From Phycisphaerales bacterium (GTDB lineage: Bacteria; Planctomycetota; Phycisphaerae; Phycisphaerales; UBA1924): a stretch of DNA of 64,000 nt. The stretch lies in assembly GCA_041987545.1 (NCBI GenBank), contig JBHIWH010000006.1, positions 100,078 through 164,077 of the forward strand, read 5' to 3'. Within the stretch, counting starts at the first letter, position 1; the number at the start of each line of letters is the position of its first letter. Under the pieces are notes generated by a model. It made no database searches and was not told the origin of the DNA. It saw nothing but the letters and a program-made list of their open reading frames with translations. The position numbers and the translations under genes were made by a program. Positions 27,404 to 36,075 of the stretch are shown here, piece by piece.

Positions 27404-28377
27404 GGCGCCTCGCGCCGGTCGATCCAGCCGAGGCTGGGCTTGCCGATGACGCCCCGCTCGGCCTGGCGTTTGCGCTGCACGCGTCGCTTGGCGCGGTTCA
27501 GGGCGCGGAAGAGGGCGGGCGCGGCGAGGGCGGCGGTGAAGACGAGACGCTGCCTCGGCGAGAGCGTGCCCCAGACGAGCTGCTTGGCGCGGGCGCGGTC
27601 ATCCGCGTCGCCGTCGGTGATGGCGCTGGCCATGACGCGGCGGGCGCAGTCCTTAACGATCGGCTCCAGGCCCGGGTACGCGGGCAGGTTCTTGCTCAGG
27701 CCTCGGAACTGGAAGTACTCGCTGCGGGCCCAGTTCTCGCGGCTGATGCTGCCCGGGTTGTCCACGCGGTGCATCGCCGAGGAGACCGGGTCGTAGGCCC
27801 AGGTGCGGTCCTTGATGACGCGGAAGAACATGTCGAAGTCGTGGCGTTTGACCTGCGTCGCGTCGAACGCGCCAACATCCCGGAGCCGGGCCATATCGAC
27901 GCAGACGGTGCTCATCGCGAACTTGAGCGCGTGGCGCCAGAGGCGGGGCAGCTCGTCGTCGGGCAGGCCGCTGGTGGGCTCGGCGACGGGCCAGGGGTTG
28001 GCGACGGGGTGCTCGGTCCCGTCGGCGTAGAGGAAGTCCTGGATGCCCATGTACGCCGCGTCCCGTCCCGAGACGAGGGAGACCACGCGGGCCAGGTGCT
28101 CGGGGTACCAGTAGTCGTCGGCGTCGAGGAAGGCGGCCCAGTCGCCGGTGGCGATCTCGATGCCGGCGTTGCGGGCGCCGGCGCCGTTGGCGCGCGTGGT
28201 CTGCACCAGCCTCACCGGCACGCCCGAGTTCCTGATCTGCTCGACCGAGTCGTCGGAGGAGCCGTCGTCGATGACGATCGTCTCGTGCGCCGGGTGGGTC
28301 TGCTCGGCGACCGAGCGGAGGCACTGGGCGACCCAGGGCCCGGCGTTGTAGCAGGGGATGATGACGGAGAACCTCAC
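27400..28377 (-). CDS. glycosyltransferase family 2
   Basis: RFSVIIPCYNAGPWVAQCLRSVAEQTHPAHETIVIDDGSSDDS...AFLDADDYW (DxD) is present. GTG start 28377 overlaps the upstream stop (GTGA), and its own stop overlaps the next ATG (ATGA). Confidence 0.85.
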   Translation of the reverse strand: MRFSVIIPCYNAGPWVAQCLRSVAEQTHPAHETIVIDDGSSDDSVEQIRNSGVPVRLVQTTRANGAGARNAGIEIATGDWAAFLDADDYWYPEHLARVVSLVSGRDAAYMGIQDFLYADGTEHPVANPWPVAEPTSGLPDDELPRLWRHALKFAMSTVCVDMARLRDVGAFDATQVKRHDFDMFFRVIKDRTWAYDPVSSAMHRVDNPGSISRENWARSEYFQFRGLSKNLPAYPGLEPIVKDCARRVMASAITDGDADDRARAKQLVWGTLSPRQRLVFTAALAAPALFRALNRAKRRVQRKRQAERGVIGKPSLGWIDRREAP

Positions 28378-29588
28378 GCGCTCGCCCCGCCGGCGCCCTG
28401 GGGCGTCAGCCCGAGGCGCGAGAGCACGTCGTCCCACATCCGGTCGGCGGGGGCTCGCAGGGCGTCCTTCGCTCCGCGGAGCGTCTCGCGCCGGCGCTCG
28501 TTGGACGCGGGGTCGAGCAGCTCGTCGCACAGGGCGAGGAGGTGTTCCTCGCCGTCGGTTTCCCGGTGGATCAGGTCGGGCACGCCGAAGTCGGAGGCGA
28601 GCAGGTCGTACTTGTGCGCCCAGCCCAGCGCGACCGCGGGCACGCCCGAGGAGAGGGCGGCGACGATGCTGTGGAACCTGGACCCGACGAGGAACCGCGA
28701 GGAGGCGACGAACGACTTGAGCACCGCGGCGTGCGGGTGGGTGAAGACGGTGGCGCCGATGTCCGTCAGCGATCCGTGGAGCTCGGCGGCGAGCTTCTCG
28801 TCGTGCCCGCTGGCGTCGTGGACGACGATGACCACCTCGAGCCCGGCGGCGTGGATCCGGCGCGCAGCCGCGGCGAGGCGCTCGAGGTACACGCTCGCCC
28901 ACTCCTTCCCCCCCTTGGCGAGCATCTTCTCGTTCGGGACGATGCAGGCGTAGTCGCGGGGGGGCGTCTCCGGCGCGGGCACGTCGAAGCGGGGCGAGAA
29001 TATCGTGATGTCGGGCGCGAGCCCGAGGCGCTCGGCGCCGACGATGGGGAGGGCGGCGTCGTGTGAGGCCTGCTCGCGGGCGTACACGCGGTCGGCGGCC
29101 CGGGCGAGGCGCGCGAACTGGCCGCGGACCTTCGGGTTCTCGAACGGCCCGAGCATCTGTGGCAGGAGCACGACGGGCTTGCCCCGCCTGCGGTAGTGCT
29201 CGGCGCGGATGGCGGCGTTGCGGCACCGGGTCCAGGGGAACTTGTCGCCGAAGGCGTAGCCCGAGACGTCGATCAGCGCGTCGGTGTCCTGGCGGCGGAC
29301 GAGGCCGAGCTGGCGGCAGGCTCGGGCGGGCATGAGCCTGCCGGCGGCGCGGCTGGCGAGGAAGAGGAGCGGGTACCGGTTGGGGCGTTGGAGGCTGACG
29401 ATCGGGGCGAGCAGTCGGAGTCCCTCGGGCGCCGCGTGCTCGTAGCCGGAGGAGTACTCGGCCTCGACGCAGCAGGTGACGTCCAGCCCGCGCTCGGCGC
29501 CGGCGCGACGGAGGCGCTCGGCGACGGTGAGCAGCATCAGCTGTGCGCCCTTGTTGAAGAAGCCGGCGCCGTGGATCTCGATGATCAT
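28374..29588 (-). CDS. polysaccharide pyruvyl transferase family protein
   Basis: MIIEIHGAGFFNKGAQLMLLTV...YAFGDKF...GSRFHSIVAALSSGVPAVALGWAHKY resembles the WcaK/CsaB/PssM pyruvyl transferase family. Confidence 0.8.
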   Translation of the reverse strand: MIIEIHGAGFFNKGAQLMLLTVAERLRRAGAERGLDVTCCVEAEYSSGYEHAAPEGLRLLAPIVSLQRPNRYPLLFLASRAAGRLMPARACRQLGLVRRQDTDALIDVSGYAFGDKFPWTRCRNAAIRAEHYRRRGKPVVLLPQMLGPFENPKVRGQFARLARAADRVYAREQASHDAALPIVGAERLGLAPDITIFSPRFDVPAPETPPRDYACIVPNEKMLAKGGKEWASVYLERLAAAARRIHAAGLEVVIVVHDASGHDEKLAAELHGSLTDIGATVFTHPHAAVLKSFVASSRFLVGSRFHSIVAALSSGVPAVALGWAHKYDLLASDFGVPDLIHRETDGEEHLLALCDELLDPASNERRRETLRGAKDALRAPADRMWDDVLSRLGLTPQGAGGASA

Positions 29589-30742
29589 GCGTCGTGGTAC
29601 CTGCGGAGCTCGTCCATGGGCTTCTTCTGGGAGAACGGGACCATGCCCGCGGGGTCAGGGTAGCCGACGGAGATACACATGACGACGCGTTCGTCGGGGG
29701 CGAGCCCGAGCCGTCGGGCCATGGCGCGCTCCCGCGTCTCGATGTCCGGCCAGTTGATGCAGCACGAGGAGAGCCCCTGGGCCTCGAGGGCGTAGAGGAA
29801 CCCCATGACGGCCAGCGAGGCGTCGATGTAGATCAGGTGGCGGTCGCGCTCGAAGGGGTAGGCGTACAGCTTCCCGACGACGACGACGAGGCAGGGGAAG
29901 TTCTGGCTGAACCCCTTGGTGCCCATCGGCAGCTGGCCGATCTCCGAGGCGGTCTGCGGGTCGTCGAAGACGCGGAACTCGAAGGGCTGGCGGTTGCAGG
30001 CGCTGGGCGCGTACGAGCCGACCCGGATCGCGCGGTCGATCAGCTCACGCGGGACCGGCTGGGGCAGGTACCAGCGGACGGAGCGTCGGCGGCGGGCGAG
30101 TCGCTCGAGGGCGTCCACGTCCACGCCGACGGGGTCGAGGTTGCGGGTGAAGGGCGAGGACGCGCCCCGCCCGAGCCCGCCGAGGCCCCACGCCTCGTTG
30201 AAACGATCTCGGAGCGAGTCCACGAGCTCGTCGGCGCCCGCGGGGACGACGTCGAAGTACCGGGCGAGCACGTCGCCGGCCCACGCGAAGAGCGAGGACG
30301 CGGCGGGGTCGGCGTCGATGGGGCAGGTCTCGTCGAACGGGGCCGCGGGCGGGGCGGAGCTGTCAGGGCGGGCGGCGGGCGGGTCCTCGCGCGAGGCGGC
30401 GCGGGCGCGAACGCCGGCGACGTAGAGGTCGACGGTCTCCTCGATGTAGAACAGCCCGAAGACCTCTCGGCGCGGGCGCATGATGAGGCCCTTCTCGAGG
30501 CGGTGGATATTCCTGCGGAGCGCGAACTCGCCGCCCAGCCCGGCCCCGGAGCCGGCGCTGCGGCGGTATCGGAGCCGGCCCGCGAGGACGCCGCGGTGCT
30601 CGCGGCCGAACCCTGGGTGGAACAGGTAGTACAGGCTGGCGAGGCGCGGACTCGAGGCGCAGATGCGCAGGATGCGCTCCTGGACCGGCCCGTCGAGGAC
30701 GAGTCGCACCCTGCGTTTGAGTCTGCGGACGGGGCCCGGCAC
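29585..30742 (-). CDS. nitroreductase family protein with a ~190-aa N-terminal extension
   Basis: The C-terminal half RRRSVRWYLPQPVPRELIDRAIRVGSYAPSACNRQPFEF...CCINW is a nitroreductase fold signature. The stop overlaps the pyruvyl transferase ATG (ATGA). Confidence 0.75.
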   Translation of the reverse strand: MPGPVRRLKRRVRLVLDGPVQERILRICASSPRLASLYYLFHPGFGREHRGVLAGRLRYRRSAGSGAGLGGEFALRRNIHRLEKGLIMRPRREVFGLFYIEETVDLYVAGVRARAASREDPPAARPDSSAPPAAPFDETCPIDADPAASSLFAWAGDVLARYFDVVPAGADELVDSLRDRFNEAWGLGGLGRGASSPFTRNLDPVGVDVDALERLARRRRSVRWYLPQPVPRELIDRAIRVGSYAPSACNRQPFEFRVFDDPQTASEIGQLPMGTKGFSQNFPCLVVVVGKLYAYPFERDRHLIYIDASLAVMGFLYALEAQGLSSCCINWPDIETRERAMARRLGLAPDERVVMCISVGYPDPAGMVPFSQKKPMDELRRYHDA

Positions 30743-30852
30743 GGCTTGCTCCGGTGGCTTTGCGAGGGGGGGAGTCTAGACACGGGCGGCCGCGGCTTGT
30801 CCCCGCGGCGGGGTCGGTTCGGTCGTGGTCGGGGCGGCGGCTCGCGGGCGGG

Positions 30853-32394
30853 TCAGGCGTGCCGGGCCCGGGGCGCGAGGCCTCGGAGTCTGGCCAGGAG
30901 GGGTCGGGCGCGGCGCTCGGCGGCGTCCCACCGGTCGCGCATGAGCACGCGGGCCAGGAGCAGGTACACGGCCGCGCCCAGCGTCGCCCCGAGCGCGAGG
31001 TGGAGGCCTCGGCCGACCGTGGTCTGCGGGAGAAACTCCCCGATGGCGAACGCCGCGGCGCCGGCGGCGAACGAGATCAGCAGCGGCGCGAGGATCATCG
31101 ACACGACGTCCCTGATCCCGCCGTTCAGCGGGTGCAGCGCGACGACGGGCTGGACGATGCCGGCGATGGCCGAGTACACCGCGACTCCGACGGCGCCGCC
31201 GACGACGCCCCCGAGCACGATGCCCCCGGTCAGCAGGACGAAGAACAGGGGGGTCAGGACGTACCGGAGTCGCAGGATGGTCGCGTAGCGGCCCTGGGCA
31301 CGGAGCAGCGGCGTGGCGCTGTCCGCGCCGCTTCGGAACGCGGAGCCGATGCTGAGGATCGCGAACAGCGGCACGGCGCCCCGATACTCGTCGCCCAGGG
31401 CGACGAGAATCAGCGGCTCGGCGAGCGCCGCGGCGATGAGGCAGATCGGGACGAAGACGAGCGTGAGGAGAGAAGCGGCCTCCAGGAACGCGCTCCGCTG
31501 ACGCGCCGTATCGTCCTTCAGTTGGCTGAAGGCCGGCAGCAGCACGCGCGCGAAGTTGGACGCGAGCATGTTCAGCGCCTGCCTCGAGAGCTGGAACGCG
31601 ATGTAGTACAGGCCGACCTGGGCGCTGGTCACGAACAGCCCCAGGACGATGTAGTCGCCCTGGAGCGTGGCGGTGGTGAGGAACCCGGCGAGCGTGAGCA
31701 TCCCGACGTCGCGGAGGATCGGCTTCCAGCGGTCCAGGTCCGGCGAGCGCCTGATCGGGGAGCGGGCGAGCGCGAGGATGACCAGGAGTGTCAGGCCGCG
31801 GGCGGCGACGAGGGGGATCACCAGCGCCCAGACCCCGAGCCCCAGCATCGCGAGCACGATGGAGGAGGAGAACTGCGCGACCGTGACCAGCAGCTGCGTG
31901 ACCGCGAGGGCGCGGTACCGGAAGTGGATCTCGAGCGCGGCGGTCGGGACGATGGCGAGGGCGGTCAGCGGCATCGCGATCGCGACGAAGCGGAGGATCG
32001 GGGCCAGCTCGGGCTCGGCGTAGGCGAGCGCGGCCGGCCCGGCGGCGGCGAAGACCGCCAGGCCCGAGACGACGCCGCCGACGATGGTCATCCAGAACGC
32101 GGGCGAGGCCCATTTGTCGAACTCGTCGTGCAGGCGGATGAGCACCTCGCGGAGCCCGAAGCCGTGGAGCATCTGGGCGAATCGGACCACGGTCAGCGCG
32201 AGGGCGAAGAGGCCGAAATCGTCGGGAACGAGGATGCGGGCCAGGGCGATCTGCGCGCCCATGGAGACGACCTTGGAGCCCAGGGTCTGGGCGCCAAGCC
32301 AGGCGAAGCCGGAGGTGGTCTTGCGTCCGAGCGGGCCCGGGGCGGCGCCGGCGGGCGTCGCGGGGCTCGGGTCTTTGGGTTCGGGCTCGGGCAT
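30853..32394 (-). CDS. oligosaccharide/polysaccharide flippase (Wzx-like, MOP superfamily)
   Basis: About 12-14 TM segments are present. The N-terminus GFAWLGAQTLGSKVVSMGAQIALARILVPDDFGLFALA is typical of polysaccharide biosynthesis (Wzx) proteins. The start was set at MPEPEPKD (32394). Confidence 0.8.
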   Translation of the reverse strand: MPEPEPKDPSPATPAGAAPGPLGRKTTSGFAWLGAQTLGSKVVSMGAQIALARILVPDDFGLFALALTVVRFAQMLHGFGLREVLIRLHDEFDKWASPAFWMTIVGGVVSGLAVFAAAGPAALAYAEPELAPILRFVAIAMPLTALAIVPTAALEIHFRYRALAVTQLLVTVAQFSSSIVLAMLGLGVWALVIPLVAARGLTLLVILALARSPIRRSPDLDRWKPILRDVGMLTLAGFLTTATLQGDYIVLGLFVTSAQVGLYYIAFQLSRQALNMLASNFARVLLPAFSQLKDDTARQRSAFLEAASLLTLVFVPICLIAAALAEPLILVALGDEYRGAVPLFAILSIGSAFRSGADSATPLLRAQGRYATILRLRYVLTPLFFVLLTGGIVLGGVVGGAVGVAVYSAIAGIVQPVVALHPLNGGIRDVVSMILAPLLISFAAGAAAFAIGEFLPQTTVGRGLHLALGATLGAAVYLLLARVLMRDRWDAAERRARPLLARLRGLAPRARHA

Positions 32395-32456
32395 CGGCAC
32401 GCCTGGGTACGCGTGGGCGGGGCGGGTGTTCACGCCCCGGGGGCGATCGCGCCCGG

Positions 32457-35036
32457 CTACGCGGCCCGGCGCGCCCCGCGGTCGACGGTCGGGAGGTTGG
32501 CGAGGGTACCGCGGGGCGGGGGCGCCGGCGGGCGGGCCGGGGCCAGGCGACCGATCGCCGCGAGCGCGGGGAAGGCCAGGACGTACCGCCACCGCCCGAT
32601 CGAGGTGTTCATCGCGAGGGTGCGGCGGTAGAGGAGCATCGCCTCGCGCGTGAGGCCGTGGCGTGCGAGGAACAGCGAGCAGGGGCGGGTGGTGGCGGTG
32701 ATCCACGCGTCGCGTTCGCGGCCGCGGTCGGACGAGGGCCCGTAGGCGCCGACGGCGCGGCGTTGGAGCAGGTGCTGCGCGCCGCGGTAGACGCTGGCCG
32801 GGTCCTGGCTCAGGCCCCGGTGCCGGGCGGCGCGTGGGCGGTGCTGGGCGTGGATGGGGTTGAGGTAGAAGACGAACCCCGGCTCGCGGGCGAGGCGGAG
32901 ATACAGGTCGATGTCCTCGCCGCACTGGCAGGCGGTGACCATCTCGCCGGCGCGGTCGAGCGCCGAGCGGCGGATCGCGACGCCCGAACCCGGCAGGTAC
33001 GGCGGGCGTCGCCAGGCGGCGAGCATGTCCGGGAAGACGTCGGCGGCCGGGTGCGGCGCGGGGCCGCGGTCGATCTCGCCCTCGTCGTCGAAGAACGCGG
33101 TCTGGCTCGCGACGACGGCGGGCGAGTCGAAAAGCTCGATCGCCTCGCGGACGCGCCGGATCGCCCAGGGCAGGAGCACGTCGTCGGAGTCGAGCAGGAG
33201 GACGTAGTCGCCCGCGGCGTGCTCGAAGCCGGTGTTGCGGGCCGCGCCCACGCCCGCGTTGTCCTGGCGGACGGCGCGGACGATCCCGGGCAGGCGGTCC
33301 ACGTACCGCTGGAGGACCTCGGGCGTGCCGTCGGTGGAGCCGTCGTCGACGACGACGATCTCGTCGTAGTCGCCGAGCTGGCCCAGGCAGGACTCGATGG
33401 CGCGGACGACGTCGGGCGAGCGGTTGTAGGTCGGGATGACGACGGAGATCATGACCGACGGCGCGGGAAGTGGTGTCGTGTTCGTGGCGGTCGCCGGGGT
33501 CGGTGTGGTCTGGGGAGCCGCGGCGGGCACGGGTCGTGCGAGCAGGCGGCGGACGCGAGCCGGCGCGATGCCCTCGGCCTGCGAGCGCAGGTCGCGCCAG
33601 GACTCGGGGAGCATCAAGCGGACGAGCGCGGCGTACGCGATCGAGCCGGTCGCGGCGCCCACGATCAGGGGCGCCCAGGGTCCGGGCACGAACGACCGCG
33701 CCGCCTCGGCGCCCAGCCAGCAAAATCCGGTGCCCAGCGCGCCCACGAACAGCGGGCGGATGAAGGGCGTCATCGCCTCGGCCGCGCCCCGGCGGACGGC
33801 GACGACGTACGTCGCCGGCTCCAGCACGCCCACGAACAGGCTGAAGCCCAGCGCGACCAGCCAGATCGGGCCGACCGCGGCGGTGACCGCGGCGACGGCG
33901 AAGGAGCCGACGGCGGCGACGACCGAGAGCATGAAGTGCGTGCGGAAGCGGCCCTGGGCCTGCAGCGCCGAGCCCGACGTCCAGCCGAACACCCGCAGCG
34001 GGATCGCCAGCGAGAGCATCTGCAGGACGATCACCGCCGGCGCCCAGCGCTCGGGGAAGACTGCGTCCATGAAGTCCGCGGCCAGCGGGATCTGGAACCA
34101 CGCCATCGGGATGACCAGCAGCATGAGCAGGCGCGAGGCCCGCTCGAGGGCCGCGGCCTGGCGGGCCGGCTGGCCGTTCATCCGCGAGAGCGTCGGAAGC
34201 AGCACACGCCGCACCGCGTGCCCCAGCAGCATCAGGGGCTGCAGCGCCAGAGCGAACGCGAAGTAGAACAGACCGACCGCGGCGGTCGTCGAGAACACAC
34301 CCAGGAAGATCGACCCCGACTGGGTCATCAGCGTGTAGAGCCCGGTCGCGCCGAAGACGAACAGGCTCGAGGCGATCAGGTACTTCCAGCGCCGGCCCTG
34401 CAGCGACCAGGCCGGGCGGACGGGGGCGTTCCACCAGAGGACGGCCGCGTTGATGGCGGCGAAGACGAGCCCGGGCAGGACGATCGAGTACGCGCCGAAG
34501 CCGATGGCGGCCAGGGCGATCGTCATCAGCACGCGGCCGATGGTGTTCGCGACGCCGAACGCGCCGAGGAATCCGAACCGGAGCTGGGCGTGCAGCTGCG
34601 CGTCGGCGGCGGCGGCGAGCGAGTAGAGGAACGTCGTGACGGCGAGGACGGCGAGCAGGCCGACGAGCTCGGGCTCGCCGTAGACGTGCGCGACGATCGG
34701 CGAGACGCCGAGCATGACGAGCATGCCCGCCAGTCCCGTGACGACCGAGAGCCAGAAGCCGGGCGTGATCCAGCGTGTGGAGCGGTTGTGTCGCTGGGTG
34801 AGGATCTCGCGGAGGCCGGCCTGGCTGACGAGGGCGACGAAGATGGAGACGGAGTAGGCCATGCCGATGAGGCCGAAGGCCTCGGGCATGAGCAGCCAGC
34901 CGAGCACAAGGTTGCTGGCGACGCCGGCGACCTTGGAGCAGAGCGACTGGACGAAGAGCCACGAGACGCCGCGGGCGGCGTGCCCGGCCATCGGGGCGTC
35001 TCGGCCGGTCTGTGAGTAGTTCTCGGGTGTGCTCAT
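32457..35036 (-). CDS. fusion protein: Wzx-like flippase (N-terminal ~500 aa) + Pro/Thr linker + family 2 glycosyltransferase (C-terminal ~330 aa)
   Basis: The N-terminal part is GVSWLFVQSLCSKVAGVASNLVLGWLLMPEAFGLIGMAYS plus many TM helices, and the linker is PAAAPQTTPTPATATNTTPLPAP. The C-terminal part is ISVVIPTYNRSPDVVRAIESCLGQ...VVVDDGSTDGT...LLLDSDD. No stop codon lies between the two parts. Confidence 0.75.
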   Translation of the reverse strand: MSTPENYSQTGRDAPMAGHAARGVSWLFVQSLCSKVAGVASNLVLGWLLMPEAFGLIGMAYSVSIFVALVSQAGLREILTQRHNRSTRWITPGFWLSVVTGLAGMLVMLGVSPIVAHVYGEPELVGLLAVLAVTTFLYSLAAAADAQLHAQLRFGFLGAFGVANTIGRVLMTIALAAIGFGAYSIVLPGLVFAAINAAVLWWNAPVRPAWSLQGRRWKYLIASSLFVFGATGLYTLMTQSGSIFLGVFSTTAAVGLFYFAFALALQPLMLLGHAVRRVLLPTLSRMNGQPARQAAALERASRLLMLLVIPMAWFQIPLAADFMDAVFPERWAPAVIVLQMLSLAIPLRVFGWTSGSALQAQGRFRTHFMLSVVAAVGSFAVAAVTAAVGPIWLVALGFSLFVGVLEPATYVVAVRRGAAEAMTPFIRPLFVGALGTGFCWLGAEAARSFVPGPWAPLIVGAATGSIAYAALVRLMLPESWRDLRSQAEGIAPARVRRLLARPVPAAAPQTTPTPATATNTTPLPAPSVMISVVIPTYNRSPDVVRAIESCLGQLGDYDEIVVVDDGSTDGTPEVLQRYVDRLPGIVRAVRQDNAGVGAARNTGFEHAAGDYVLLLDSDDVLLPWAIRRVREAIELFDSPAVVASQTAFFDDEGEIDRGPAPHPAADVFPDMLAAWRRPPYLPGSGVAIRRSALDRAGEMVTACQCGEDIDLYLRLAREPGFVFYLNPIHAQHRPRAARHRGLSQDPASVYRGAQHLLQRRAVGAYGPSSDRGRERDAWITATTRPCSLFLARHGLTREAMLLYRRTLAMNTSIGRWRYVLAFPALAAIGRLAPARPPAPPPRGTLANLPTVDRGARRAA

Positions 35037-35232
35037 CGCGTCTGAGGGCCTTCCTCGCCCGGACCTATCGGTCGGCCCGGCTTGGCGGTGAAGGGCGGGT
35101 GGACGAGGCCGGGCAAAGAGTCCGGCACGTCCGATAGCCACCGCCGCGGGGCGTGCATCGGCGAATCACGGGCGGTAGGCTGGCCCGCCCGCGAGGCCTG
35201 GCGACGAGGGGCGCGGCACAAGAGGAGTCGGG

Positions 35233-36075
35233 ATGGCCCAGCCAGACGTGCATCTGCCGCAGCGACGCGCCGGTGTCGGCTTCCTGAAGACCGCGAGGGG
35301 CGACGCGTGGTACGTCCAGCCCCTGCTCGTGCTGCTGGGCCTGGGCGCGTTCATCGTGTACTCGACGTGGGCCGCGTTCGTGGGCGTGGACTACCACTGC
35401 GGCGTGAACGGCGCGAACTACCTGAGCCCGTTCTATTCGCCCCTGCTCTTCGACGCCCCAAACGTCGATCCCACGGGGCACGCGTGGTTCGGCGCGTGGC
35501 CAGGGTGGTGGCCCGCGTTCATCCCCGCCTCGCCCGCGCTGCTGATCCTGTGGGCGCCCGGGGGCTTTCGATTCACGTGCTACTACTACCGGGGCGCGTA
35601 CTACAAGTCGTTCTGGGGCGCGCCCCCCGGGTGCGCCGTGGGCGGGCCGCACACCAAGCGGTACCGCGGCGAGCGCCGCTTCCCGCTGATCCTGCAGAAC
35701 GTGCACCGGTACTTCCTGTACCTGGCCATCGCGTTCCTGTTCATCCTCGCCTACGACGCGTTCAGCGCGATGTGGTTCGTCGGCGAGGACGGCGCCAAGA
35801 GCTTCGGCCTCGGCATCGGCACACTCGTCCTGATCGTCAACCCGATCCTGCTCGGGGGCTACACGCTCGGGTGCCACTCGCTGCGGCATCTGGTGGGCGG
35901 GCGGAAGGATTGCGTGTCCGCCAACGGCGCGCAGAAGAAGGCGTACGACTGCGTGAGCTGTCTGAACCGCGGGCACATGCGATGGGCGTGGGCGAGCCTG
36001 TTCTGGGTGGGATTCACCGACCTGTACGTGCGGCTGTGCGCCTCGGGCGTCATCAACGACGTGAGGATCATCTGA
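35233..36075 (+). CDS. sdhC: succinate dehydrogenase/fumarate reductase membrane anchor (single large cytochrome b-type subunit)
   Basis: This is a five-TM-like hydrophobic protein directly upstream of sdhA and translationally coupled to it (ATGA). agaggag lies before the ATG. The assignment is mostly by context. Confidence 0.6.
   Translation: MAQPDVHLPQRRAGVGFLKTARGDAWYVQPLLVLLGLGAFIVYSTWAAFVGVDYHCGVNGANYLSPFYSPLLFDAPNVDPTGHAWFGAWPGWWPAFIPASPALLILWAPGGFRFTCYYYRGAYYKSFWGAPPGCAVGGPHTKRYRGERRFPLILQNVHRYFLYLAIAFLFILAYDAFSAMWFVGEDGAKSFGLGIGTLVLIVNPILLGGYTLGCHSLRHLVGGRKDCVSANGAQKKAYDCVSCLNRGHMRWAWASLFWVGFTDLYVRLCASGVINDVRII

Noticed and set aside
30853-34962. The 1369-aa track ORF suggests one giant protein across both flippase genes.
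   Set aside because: Only its last 513 codons (from MPEPEPKD at 32394) look like a membrane protein. The upstream 856 codons are Arg/Pro-rich and lie in an alternative frame of the real flippase-GT2 gene (32457-35036).
35082-36074. The N-terminal extension of the sdhA track ORF (936 aa), which would give a giant flavoprotein.
   Set aside because: The extension overlaps the sdhC-like membrane gene in another frame and is Arg-rich. The canonical flavoprotein N-terminus (DVLIIGAGGAGLRAA) follows MASEAY at 36075, which forms an ATGA overlap with the sdhC stop.
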